From: an uncultured Flavipsychrobacter sp. | GTDB lineage: Bacteria > Bacteroidota > Bacteroidia > Chitinophagales > Chitinophagaceae | NCBI GenBank assembly: GCA_964585115.1 | Contig: CAZPDA010000002.1 | Coordinates: forward strand, 1 to 32,202 | Direction: 5' to 3' | Length of the DNA stretch: 32,202 nucleotides | Part shown: positions 17,401-24,814 of the stretch, in pieces | Position numbering within the stretch: position 1 is the stretch's first letter | How the letters are laid out: the number at the start of each line of letters is the position of its first letter | Program-made: the position numbers and the translations under genes | Notes under the pieces: generated by a model | Seen by the model: only the letters and a program-made list of their open reading frames with translations | Database searches by the model: none | What the model was told of the DNA's origin: nothing

Positions 17401-17947
17401 CATTAAGTTTTAAAGTAGCCTCTTTCTTCCTCGTCTTATAGATGGAGATACCCGCTGCTTGCTCCAGCATTCTTCTACGCGAGTTATCCTTATCCTTAAT
17501 AATGTCGTCTACCATGCCTAACTCGATGATGGCATAAGAGTCATTACTAACACCAGTATCTAAGAATAGATTATGGATGTCCTTAAGGCGACACGCTACG
17601 TCATTCAAGCGATATTCGCTCTCACCACTTTTATAGAATTTACGTGTTATCGTTACAGTAGTAAACTCTGTAGGTAGTAGGTTTCTCGTATTCTCAAACG
17701 TTAGCGATACCTCTGCCATACCAGCAGCATTTCGCGAACGTGAGCCGTTGAATATAAGGTCGTCCAAACTATCAGAACGTAGCGACCTTATTTTATGCTC
17801 ACCAATGACCCATCGTATCGCATCTACGATATTCGACTTACCACAACCATTCGGCCCTACCACACCTGTAATAGGATGGTCGAGCTCAACATGGGTCTTG
17901 TCTGCAAAAGACTTGAACCCCTTTATATCTAAAGACTTTAATCGCAA
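14408..17947 (-). CDS. smc: Chromosome segregation protein SMC
   Basis: 1179 aa. It has the N-terminal MRLKSLDIKGFKSF..GPNGCGKSN Walker A, very long E/K/Q/L coiled coils with a central hinge, the LSGGEK signature and FCILDEVDAPLDD Walker B. The start codon is TTG, and the N-terminus matches the SMC consensus. Confidence 0.97.
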   Translation of the reverse strand: MRLKSLDIKGFKSFADKTHVELDHPITGVVGPNGCGKSNIVDAIRWVIGEHKIRSLRSDSLDDLIFNGSRSRNAAGMAEVSLTFENTRNLLPTEFTTVTITRKFYKSGESEYRLNDVACRLKDIHNLFLDTGVSNDSYAIIELGMVDDIIKDKDNSRRRMLEQAAGISIYKTRKKEATLKLNATEQDLSRIEDLLFEIGNNLRTLESQAKKAERYYQIKKDYKEISVELAKASLEHFNDQYKELNDQQATEVDKKTELEAIINKESATIEQEKVQLVSKEQELNSLQKEFNELVGKIRQLESDKRLASQKIDHLREREKSLNDFLTGADDQLSSLSDSIQFSEEQIGEEQEKLEGIKEELEKLREQADQKRASFDEKKQALEVLRAEYQQKQREQFDAEKKVAIADTSVMNIQRSIHQLQEETSQRNTQITQLTDEQKDAEEQLGDKKEELQELIEKHEEVKGKILQSQEQVETLRSELVEANRKLDSRSNEHDLLKSLVESLEGYPDSIKFLSKHKDWGKDAPLLSDVFVVKNEYRTALENLLDSYLNYYLVNNVDDAKTAIQLLDENKKGKANFFILDQFNNYQAKDHQAPTGNVVPALSVVTVDEQHKQLAQHLLGHVYIAEDDAELTGTALDNGCVLVAKNGKQVRGKYTFGGGSVGLFEGNKIGRAKNLERLAKEIAELTEKTATLKQEIADTQTLITGFNQELNDRAIEQTKQDINQLQNKLVNLEDKVKNYQHLNSTGDERLAGLQEQLADTQDDISDTRTALDDINESLESANERISVAEDEFRSVEDDFNRSREQFNNQNIQFTRQQSKIDSLKQELSFRTKQLSDLQQQIKTNTEQLQQTSEELQSTEGVLNSDDTELYDLMKKKEADEATLNEKDRLYYQTRNELSEKEGKLNQKRREKEQVETLLTSIKDKLSEMKLQLAGMKERLSVEFKVNLDEVLDDDRTTELTVDELNAEAERLKRRLENMGEVNPTAIEAFTEMKVRHDFIVEQKNDLVDAKQTLMSTIEEVENTANAKFKDTFEKVRENFITVFKALFTEEDKCDLRLTDPENVADSGIEIYAQPKGKRPSTLTQLSGGEKTLTSTAFLFAIYLIKPAPFCILDEVDAPLDDANVGKFTQMIRQFSDNSQFILVTHNKQTMASVDVIYGVTMQEPGVSKLVPVDFRSLSEN

Positions 17948-17971
17948 GGCAATATTATTTTAGGAGGAAAG

Positions 17972-17979
17972 CAAAAATA
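17972..17979 (-). promoter_or_regulatory. Bacteroidota-type -7 box (TAttTTTG) upstream of smc
   Basis: It matches TAnnTTTG on the minus strand, with its 3' end 24 nt upstream of the start codon. No clear -33 TTTG is present. Confidence 0.4.
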
Positions 17980-18069
17980 TACATTTCAACCATTAGAAAT
18001 ACTACCAATATAGCAAACTGTGCAGTAAATGTGGGTAATTCAGCCGTATATGTAGAAAATCGTTATTTA

Positions 18070-18573
18070 CTACTCTATAGGTTTAGGGAAATCATTCTTA
18101 TCAGCGTATTCTTCACGGAGCTGTTGCATGTTTTGCTGCATTTTCTGTTCTTGCTCACCCTGTTGCATTACAAGCATATATGCATTTTCAATAGTCTCAA
18201 GTGAGGTAGTGCTATCCATTTGCTCAAAAGCGGAGAAGTAACTATTGACCACATTCTTCTCAAACTTTAGGAATTCAAGCTCAGCTTGTTGCATATCCTC
18301 TGAGCCTCCTACATTTTCCATCTGCTCTACTTCTGTTATTTTACGGTCTATGTAGTTTACTAGACTAGTTCTATACTTAGACAACTGACTGAAATCCAAT
18401 GTATTGATAGCTATTTTCAACTCTTCAGCCCATTTGCTGCTATGTATTGCCAGCGTATCATTTGTTGCAGCTATCTCATTACTGAACTTCATTGCTTCTT
18501 CCTGCTTATCAAGGTCGCAAGAAGCAAATATGGTCATCAGTACAAATATCGGTGCAATAACTCTACGTAACAT
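18070..18573 (-). CDS. Hypothetical lipoprotein
   Basis: 167 aa. The signal peptide has lipobox IFASC followed by the acidic DLDKQEE. The mature part is helical and Glu/Gln-rich. Confidence 0.62.
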   Translation of the reverse strand: MLRRVIAPIFVLMTIFASCDLDKQEEAMKFSNEIAATNDTLAIHSSKWAEELKIAINTLDFSQLSKYRTSLVNYIDRKITEVEQMENVGGSEDMQQAELEFLKFEKNVVNSYFSAFEQMDSTTSLETIENAYMLVMQQGEQEQKMQQNMQQLREEYADKNDFPKPIE

Positions 18574-18713
18574 AAGCAGATTTGATAGTTAAAATACAGT
18601 ATTCAATAGCTATATCGTAGTACTAATCATAAAGTTACAATGATTTTAACATCATTTATACATGTCCGTTGTATCTACACTTTATTACTCTGCCTACAAA
18701 AGCTACCTTTGTG

Positions 18714-18721
18714 GTCCTGAA
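18714..18721 (+). promoter_or_regulatory. Bacteroidota-type -7 box (TAccTTTG) upstream of hscA-like gene
   Basis: It matches TAnnTTTG and ends 11 nt before the ATG at 18733, which implies a very short leader. There is no -33 TTTG at the expected spacing. Confidence 0.4.
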
Positions 18722-18732
18722 ATAGCAGAAAA

Positions 18733-20589
18733 ATGGGTAAAGTAGCGATAAACCTGGCAACAGGTAGTTTACAAAAAGAAGAAACAATAGTGGGTATAGA
18801 CCTTGGTACTACCAACAGTCTTATAGCTATTGTGAGAGAAGACAGCAAAAAGCCGGTAGCACTAAGAGAGACCGATGGGTTGACCTTAGTACCCTCTATC
18901 GTACACTTTGATAAAGAAGGCAATGTGCAGGTAGGTAATGAGGCTAAACAAAACCTTGTAGCTGCTCCTGAGCGTACTATCTATTCGGCAAAACGCCTGA
19001 TGGGTAAGTCTTATAATGACGTAAAAGACCACACAGCTCTTTTTGCTTATAAAGTGCTGGATAACGATACGGATGAGCTTGTAAAAGTGCAGATAGGCGA
19101 TAAATTCTACTCTCCTATCGAGCTTTCATCTTACATACTAAAAGAGCTAAAGCACAGAGCAGAGCACATACTTAAAACACCAGTTAACAAGGCTGTAATT
19201 ACGGTGCCTGCTTATTTCAATGATGCTCAACGTCAGGCTACCAGAGATGCCGGCAAACTGGCAGGTCTGGATGTACTACGTATTGTAAATGAGCCTACTG
19301 CGGCAAGCCTTGCCTATGGCATGGGTGTTAGCCCGGATGAAGATAAGACCATAGCTGTATACGACCTTGGTGGCGGTACATTCGATATATCAATACTTAA
19401 GATAACGAATGGCATATTTGAAGTATTGGCAACTAACGGTGACACCTACCTTGGTGGCGATGATATGGATAGAGCCATTGTAGAGTATTGGATAGCAGAG
19501 CTAGGGCTAAATAACGATGTAGCTGATAATAAGACCTTAGTGCAAGAGCTACGTGTACTTGCCGAAGAAGCTAAAAAGCATCTTACTAGTAATGACAGCT
19601 TTGAAGGTACTATTGATGGCAAACAAGTAGTGCTATACAAAGGGGTCTTCAACGAACTAATACAAGGATTAATAGATAGAACAATAAACGCTTGTAAGGG
19701 CGCACTTAAAGATGCAGAGCTTAAAAATAGTGATATTGATGCTGTGGTGATGGTTGGCGGTTCTACAAGAGTACCTTATGTAAAAGAGTGTATCAAAGAG
19801 TTCTTTGGTAAGGATGTACATGACGAACTGAACCCTGACGAGGTGGTGGCTCTTGGAGCTGCTGTACAAGCAGATATACTTGCCGGTAATAATACGGACA
19901 TGCTACTACTTGATGTCACACCACTAAGTCTTGGCTTGGAAACCATGGGCGGACTAATGGACGTATTGATACCACGTAACTCTAAAATACCAACCAAAGT
20001 AGGCCGACAATATACCACACATAAAGACGGGCAAAGCGGTATGCGTATCTCCGTATATCAAGGGGAGCGCGACTTGGTGAAGGATAATAGAAAGCTTGCT
20101 GAATTCAACTTGACAGGCATACCCGCTATGCCTGCCGGACTGCCTAAAGTGGAGGTAACCTTTTTGATAGATGCCGACGGCATCTTAAAGGTGAGCGCTA
20201 CGGAACTGAGGAGTGGTGTGGCGCAAAGTATTGAAGTAAAACCTCAATACGGACTTACCGACGAGCAAGTAGAACAAATGTTGATGGACTCTCTTACTCA
20301 TGCTAAAGAAGACATGACGACCAGAGCACTGGTTGAAGCAACAACAGAAGCTGAGCAGATGATAGACACCACTGAAAGCTTCATAAAAAAGCATGAGCAA
20401 TACCTTAGCGAAGAGGAGCAAACACTTACACTAAATCAGATACACGCATTAAGACAAGCTATTACTGCTAAAGATAAAGATGCGATACAAAAAGAGACGG
20501 AACAGCTTAACGATGTTACCAGACCTTTTGCTGAGCGCGTAATGGATGTTGCCGTGAAAGATGCAATGAAAGGAAAGAAAATAATGTAG
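18733..20589 (+). CDS. hscA: HscA-type Hsp70 chaperone
   Basis: 618 aa with [36 protein letters not shown] and LGGDDMD motifs. The substrate-binding region [17 protein letters not shown]...YQGER...[12 protein letters not shown] resembles E. coli HscA more than DnaK, as far as I recall. Confidence 0.85.
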   Translation: MGKVAINLATGSLQKEETIVGIDLGTTNSLIAIVREDSKKPVALRETDGLTLVPSIVHFDKEGNVQVGNEAKQNLVAAPERTIYSAKRLMGKSYNDVKDHTALFAYKVLDNDTDELVKVQIGDKFYSPIELSSYILKELKHRAEHILKTPVNKAVITVPAYFNDAQRQATRDAGKLAGLDVLRIVNEPTAASLAYGMGVSPDEDKTIAVYDLGGGTFDISILKITNGIFEVLATNGDTYLGGDDMDRAIVEYWIAELGLNNDVADNKTLVQELRVLAEEAKKHLTSNDSFEGTIDGKQVVLYKGVFNELIQGLIDRTINACKGALKDAELKNSDIDAVVMVGGSTRVPYVKECIKEFFGKDVHDELNPDEVVALGAAVQADILAGNNTDMLLLDVTPLSLGLETMGGLMDVLIPRNSKIPTKVGRQYTTHKDGQSGMRISVYQGERDLVKDNRKLAEFNLTGIPAMPAGLPKVEVTFLIDADGILKVSATELRSGVAQSIEVKPQYGLTDEQVEQMLMDSLTHAKEDMTTRALVEATTEAEQMIDTTESFIKKHEQYLSEEEQTLTLNQIHALRQAITAKDKDAIQKETEQLNDVTRPFAERVMDVAVKDAMKGKKIM

Positions 20590-20618
20590 TAGGCTTACTA
20601 CTAACTGAGCTATAATAT

Positions 20619-20640
20619 AAAAGCCCCTTTCGGGGCTTTT
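20619..20640. terminator. Bidirectional intrinsic terminator between hscA-like gene and aspartate kinase
   Basis: AAAAGCCCC / TTTC / GGGGCTTTT is a perfect 9-bp stem flanked by A and T runs. It abuts the aspartate kinase stop codon. Confidence 0.85.
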
Positions 20641-20641
20641 A

Positions 20642-21907
20642 TTATTTCATGACCAGCTGAACGGTCTCTCTTGTTTTTTGCTCTAGCAATATATGTTTGC
20701 CCTTGGTAAGGTTTGCCAATACTTCAGGAGTATAGTGCCTTATTGTTAACAGGCTCACCCCTTCATTATCAAACACTTTATAGTTCTTCTTCAGCTCTGC
20801 TAAAAGTTCAGGTAGTTTTCTCTCTCTATGGTCTATACATGCAATGAAACTAATTGCAGCATTTTGTATCAGGTTCACCTGTACGTTCATCTTGTGGAAG
20901 ATACCATACAGTTCGCTTAGCTTATCCTCTGTGATGAATGAGAAATCTCTTGCTGTAAGTTGTATCAATAGCTGGTTCTTCTTCAGTACTATCAATGGCG
21001 GGTAGAATAGATTACTCACTTCGCTTGTAATAATGGTACCTTTCAGTTCTTTATCTAAGAAACACTTTACGTATAACGGAATGCTATTGTTCTGTAAAGG
21101 CTTAATAGTTTTAGGGTGAACAACTTGTGCTCCATAGTAGGCCATCTCGATCATCTCATGATAACTAATAGCTTCTATCTTCACCGTATCAGAAAATTGT
21201 TTTGGATCCGCATTCTTCAAACCTTCAACATCCTTCCATATCGTCACGCTATCTGCATCGGTCATAGTAGCTAATAGTGCTGCTGAGTAATCAGACCCTT
21301 CTCTACCAAGAGAAGCTGTAGCATTGTCAGAAGTAGCACCGATAAAACCTTGCGTTATCACACTCTTGCCCTCTTCCAGCAATGGTGCTACGGTAGCATC
21401 ACATTGTTGTTTTGAATACGCCAGGTCTACCTTTGCATCGCGATAAGTATCGTTGGTTCTTATCACATCTCGTACATCAACCCAAGCAAAGTTTAGTCCT
21501 TCTTGATTCAAGTATTGATTGAATATAGTAGTAGATAGCAATTCACCTACACAAATTATTTGGTCGTATGTATAATCGAACTTATCTGCCGAAGCATCAT
21601 CTATTCCCCACTGTAGCTCTGTAAAGAACACGTTCATTTGCTTCGTAGCTTCCTTCAGACTTTCACCCTTCAACAGCTCTGTTGCGTATGCTATATGCTT
21701 TGCTTCTAACTCTTTTGCCAGCTTATGGGCATCCTCTTTTTTATCCTTACAAGCAGTCTCAATTATTGCTTCTAAAGCGTTTGTAGTTTTACCCAACGCA
21801 GATACCACCATTAGTATAGGATGAGTTGTCTCTTGAATAATAGGCAATAATGCCTGCATTCTCTCTGGTGTAGCAATAGATGCTCCACCGAATTTGTAAA
21901 CTTGCAT
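20642..21907 (-). CDS. lysC: Aspartate kinase (monofunctional, C-terminal ACT region)
   Basis: 421 aa with N-terminal MQVYKFGGASI, GREGSDYSAALLA and DVEGLKNADP motifs typical of the amino-acid kinase family. Confidence 0.92.
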   Translation of the reverse strand: MQVYKFGGASIATPERMQALLPIIQETTHPILMVVSALGKTTNALEAIIETACKDKKEDAHKLAKELEAKHIAYATELLKGESLKEATKQMNVFFTELQWGIDDASADKFDYTYDQIICVGELLSTTIFNQYLNQEGLNFAWVDVRDVIRTNDTYRDAKVDLAYSKQQCDATVAPLLEEGKSVITQGFIGATSDNATASLGREGSDYSAALLATMTDADSVTIWKDVEGLKNADPKQFSDTVKIEAISYHEMIEMAYYGAQVVHPKTIKPLQNNSIPLYVKCFLDKELKGTIITSEVSNLFYPPLIVLKKNQLLIQLTARDFSFITEDKLSELYGIFHKMNVQVNLIQNAAISFIACIDHRERKLPELLAELKKNYKVFDNEGVSLLTIRHYTPEVLANLTKGKHILLEQKTRETVQLVMK

Positions 21908-21925
21908 AATTACACTGTGTTATAT

Positions 21926-21957
21926 AACAAACAAGGCTTACCGATCGGTAAGCCTTG
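21926..21957 (-). terminator. Intrinsic terminator acting as candidate attenuator upstream of aspartate kinase
   Basis: On the minus strand, CAAGGCTTACC-GATC-GGTAAGCCTTG forms an 11-bp perfect stem followed by TTTGTT. It ends 18 nt before the lysC ATG. Confidence 0.7.
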
Positions 21958-21994
21958 TCTTAAAGTATGTTTTTCTACACACGACTATCTTGGC

Positions 21995-22045
21995 TTACCC
22001 GTTGGTAATGCATTTCTTAGTCTTGTATAGCTTTTTCATCATCAT
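21995..22045 (-). CDS. Putative 16-codon leader peptide MMMKKLYKTKKCITNG
   Basis: ATGATGATGAAAAAGCTATACAAGACTAAGAAATGCATTACCAACGGGTAA on the minus strand. Twelve of 16 residues are aspartate-family amino acids (3 Met, 5 Lys, 2 Thr, 1 Ile, 1 Asn). The stop codon lies inside the anti-terminator arm. Confidence 0.45.
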   Translation of the reverse strand: MMMKKLYKTKKCITNG

Positions 22046-22053
22046 TGTGGGTG

Positions 22054-22084
22054 CAAAAATATATCATTTTCCTAATCGTGCAAA
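22054..22084 (-). promoter_or_regulatory. Consensus Bacteroidota sigma-A-type promoter (TTTG-N19-TAttTTTG)
   Basis: On the minus strand, TTTG is at 22084-22081. A 19-nt spacer follows, then TATTTTTG at 22061-22054. The promoter starts 2 nt after the upstream gene's stop codon and sits just upstream of the leader ORF. Confidence 0.55.
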
Positions 22085-22086
22085 TA

Positions 22087-23706
22087 TTATTCAAAAAGCT
22101 CTTGTAAGCTACGTGGTCTTTTCTCATCTAGCCAGATGAACCGTTTGAGCTTCATATTAGCCAGGTCGGCCTCTAATAGAGGGGTCATTTTCTGCTGTAC
22201 ATCCTGCTCGAACAGAATGAAGTCTATCTGCTCATCTTTGAATACTATCCTAAGCCTTGCACTAGATGCTTCATTTACTCCTATGTAGGCATCATTATCA
22301 TCTTTAGAATAGTAAATAGTTTCGGCATTTGGTTTTACAACTATCTCATCTATCACCCCATTATGAAAGAAACCTGTAAGTGTTTTTCCTTGTATCTGGT
22401 CGAATAGCTGTGCTTTCTCCGGTCCTGACTGTGATACTACAAAAGACTTGCTAGGCACGTACATTTTTTTCAGGTTACTACTATCCATATACAGCAGTAT
22501 AGTATCACCTGTTATCTGGCTTTTTCTAGACCATAATACAGGGGTATATATCAAGCGCATCACAGAATCCACATCTGTATACACAAGGCTATCGCAGCGT
22601 CCTTGCAGCGAGTCAGAGAATATCATAACATTGTGATAGCAAGTAAAATAGCGTGTATCTACAGTATCTACTTGAGTAGTATCAGCAACCATCTGTACCA
22701 CCTCTTTTTTCTTCTTTCCCTTACCTACTACTTTTACCACTTCTATTGAGTCAACATCCTTGGCTATAGGAGCAGAGAAGAAAGTATCTGCTCTTATAAA
22801 CAAGCTATCATCACCATTCATCTTCTTCAGCACTGGCTTTATACTTGCCAGCATCGTTTCAGCATTTTCATCTATATCTGCTCTGCCACAATAGAGTGTT
22901 GACTTCTGTACCGTATCTATTGCTATAACGTTACCTACGGCTAAGCCTACGCCTTTCCCTCTATCGTAGTAAGAAGAATCTGACTCTATATACTGCTCTT
23001 CTGTTTGTGAGGAAGAACGGCAAGGGAAATGTGCTATTTCTTTCTCGGTATCATATGTGCCGCATGTTGTTATCAATACAGACTTATCGCTGGTAACAAT
23101 TGAGTGAGCATAGAATACTACTATCTTGGTCTGGGTATTATATCCCATATCCATAGAAGATATTTCATACTCAGGATCATAGACTAGTACATTTTGTGTA
23201 AACCGTGCATCTTTAGACCTTAGGTTATAAACACCTTGATCACTAGACAAAGTTGTGGTACCTGTTTGCAGAGTACCTCCATTTGAATAGGTACCAACCT
23301 TAGTGGTCATATCGTATACTACTTGGTCTGCCCATAGATTATCCTTACCGTCCGTAAGGTTTACACTACCTATCATATAGGCAAGTTTTTTATTGCCTAT
23401 ATAGCGCAAATAGTCTCCAGTTACACGTGTGCCATCAGGCTGCACTATAACTACATCTCCAAATGCCTCTACATTATTCGTCTCTATATTCAGGTAGGCA
23501 CTATCGCAATACATCTTGCTGTCTCCTTGCTTCAGTTGAACATCTCCTACTAACTTATTGAATGAGTTTGTATCTGTTTGTACGTATTCTGCATAGTCTG
23601 CATATACTATATCTACGTTCACCTTACTAGAGGTGTCGCTTTTAGGCTTTTGCTGGGCACTACTGTATAGGGACAATAGCAACATGCAAGCCATTAAGGC
23701 TTGCAT
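22087..23706 (-). CDS. OstA/LptA-like beta-jellyroll repeat protein (two modules joined by a Lys-rich linker), exported
   Basis: I chose ATG 23706, which gives signal peptide MQALMACMLLLSLYSSAQQ. The N-terminal half has the LptA/OstA_N-like pattern (LVGDVQLKQGDSKMYCDSAYLNIETNNVEAFGDVVIV..DGTRVTGDYLRY). A second similar module follows the GKGKKKKE linker (NVMIFSDSLQGRCDSLVYTDVDSVMRL..). The family call is by eye. Confidence 0.6.
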   Translation of the reverse strand: MQALMACMLLLSLYSSAQQKPKSDTSSKVNVDIVYADYAEYVQTDTNSFNKLVGDVQLKQGDSKMYCDSAYLNIETNNVEAFGDVVIVQPDGTRVTGDYLRYIGNKKLAYMIGSVNLTDGKDNLWADQVVYDMTTKVGTYSNGGTLQTGTTTLSSDQGVYNLRSKDARFTQNVLVYDPEYEISSMDMGYNTQTKIVVFYAHSIVTSDKSVLITTCGTYDTEKEIAHFPCRSSSQTEEQYIESDSSYYDRGKGVGLAVGNVIAIDTVQKSTLYCGRADIDENAETMLASIKPVLKKMNGDDSLFIRADTFFSAPIAKDVDSIEVVKVVGKGKKKKEVVQMVADTTQVDTVDTRYFTCYHNVMIFSDSLQGRCDSLVYTDVDSVMRLIYTPVLWSRKSQITGDTILLYMDSSNLKKMYVPSKSFVVSQSGPEKAQLFDQIQGKTLTGFFHNGVIDEIVVKPNAETIYYSKDDNDAYIGVNEASSARLRIVFKDEQIDFILFEQDVQQKMTPLLEADLANMKLKRFIWLDEKRPRSLQELFE

Positions 23707-23755
23707 CTTTATGCTTATGAAAAAGCTCTTTATCACGTTAGTGAGCAATGATCAG

Positions 23756-24712
23756 TTATTTGTCTTTATCTTTTTGCTTCTTACCAAATATGGTAACATT
23801 GATATAGCGAGAAGGGTGTGCATTGATGTCTTCGATCAATGTATTCAGCGACTCCATCGTTTGTGTAAGGTTTGTATACAGCTCTTTGTCGTTCACCATC
23901 ATACCCAACGAACCTTGCGTTCCGTTCAGCTTACTAACAACCGCTTGTAAATCTGATATAGTAGACTGCAGATCTTGAACTGTTTTCTCTATCGGGGCAT
24001 TTGCTAATTGTTTAGTAGTAGCCTCTGCATTCTGAATGATATTTGTAATATTCTCGTTGTTCTTAGCAAGGTTAGATGTTATGCTATTAGTATTCTGGAT
24101 GATAGACGCCAAGTTCTTACTCTCACCATTTAGCTGATTAGCTAGCTCAGAAAGGTTGGTCATGGTAACATCTAGTGATGCAATTATACTCGTAATATCA
24201 TTCGCAGTATTCTCATTTAGTATACCACCCAGACCAATAAGCACCGTATCTAAAGATGCAGCAACATGTCTTACCTCTAATATTAGTGGTGCAAGCTCAG
24301 ATGATATGTTATCTAACATACCACTTTGAACAGATGATGGCAATTCAGCTCCGTCTTCAACAAGGTCGTTGCCCGCTCCGAGGTTTAACTTTATGACCCT
24401 AGGCTCAATGATGTTAACAGAGGTAAGTTCCGCGGTAGTACCTACAGGAACGTCAACATTCTTACTTACTGCTATATTTACTTTAACCTTCTTCCCATTA
24501 TTATAGTCTATGCTTAAAACCCTACCAACACTCATACCTTTCACCTGTACTGCAGCAGATTGTTTAAGCCCTTGTACATTGTCGTAATAAACATAGTACT
24601 CATTCTCTCCTGAGAAGATATCTGCTCCTTTTAAGAAGTAGAACCCAAAGAATAGAATAAGGAATGATGCTGCTACTAACACACCAACCTTTACCTCATT
24701 AGAGAACTTCAT
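23756..24712 (-). CDS. mlaD: MlaD/MCE-family protein with long C-terminal helical extension
   Basis: 318 aa. The N-terminal anchor is EVKVGVLVAASFLILFFGFYFL and the MCE core is V.VKGMSVGRV..I. The following ~190 aa are Asn/Leu/Ser/Thr-rich heptad-like sequence. Confidence 0.82.
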   Translation of the reverse strand: MKFSNEVKVGVLVAASFLILFFGFYFLKGADIFSGENEYYVYYDNVQGLKQSAAVQVKGMSVGRVLSIDYNNGKKVKVNIAVSKNVDVPVGTTAELTSVNIIEPRVIKLNLGAGNDLVEDGAELPSSVQSGMLDNISSELAPLILEVRHVAASLDTVLIGLGGILNENTANDITSIIASLDVTMTNLSELANQLNGESKNLASIIQNTNSITSNLAKNNENITNIIQNAEATTKQLANAPIEKTVQDLQSTISDLQAVVSKLNGTQGSLGMMVNDKELYTNLTQTMESLNTLIEDINAHPSRYINVTIFGKKQKDKDK

Positions 24713-24731
24713 AGAATAGCTTGTTTAATGA

Positions 24732-24739
24732 CAAAAGTA
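24732..24739 (-). promoter_or_regulatory. Bacteroidota-type -7 box (TActTTTG) upstream of mlaD
   Basis: It matches TAnnTTTG on the minus strand, with its 3' end 19 nt upstream of the mlaD ATG. Confidence 0.4.
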
Positions 24740-24814
24740 CTAAATGCTCACTTTTAGCCTCTTTATATTTCTGTTGTTTTCAAATAATTATAATACTATT
24801 ATGATATATACTCA

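Noticed and set aside
14820-17413. Several 60-150-aa plus-strand ORFs inside smc (14820-15278, 15401-15640, 15531-15734, 15728-15964, 17076-17285, 17204-17413)
   Set aside because: They lie antisense to a gene whose SMC motifs run end to end. Their Ser/Leu/Phe-rich low-complexity translations are the expected mirror of Glu/Lys/Gln-rich coiled-coil codons. No independent start context or motifs are present.
21908-22086. Lysine riboswitch (L-box) upstream of aspartate kinase
   Set aside because: The length is compatible, but I could not see the multi-helix junction or the conserved L-box core by eye. The region is better explained by promoter + leader ORF + alternative hairpins. A cmsearch with RF00168 would settle this.
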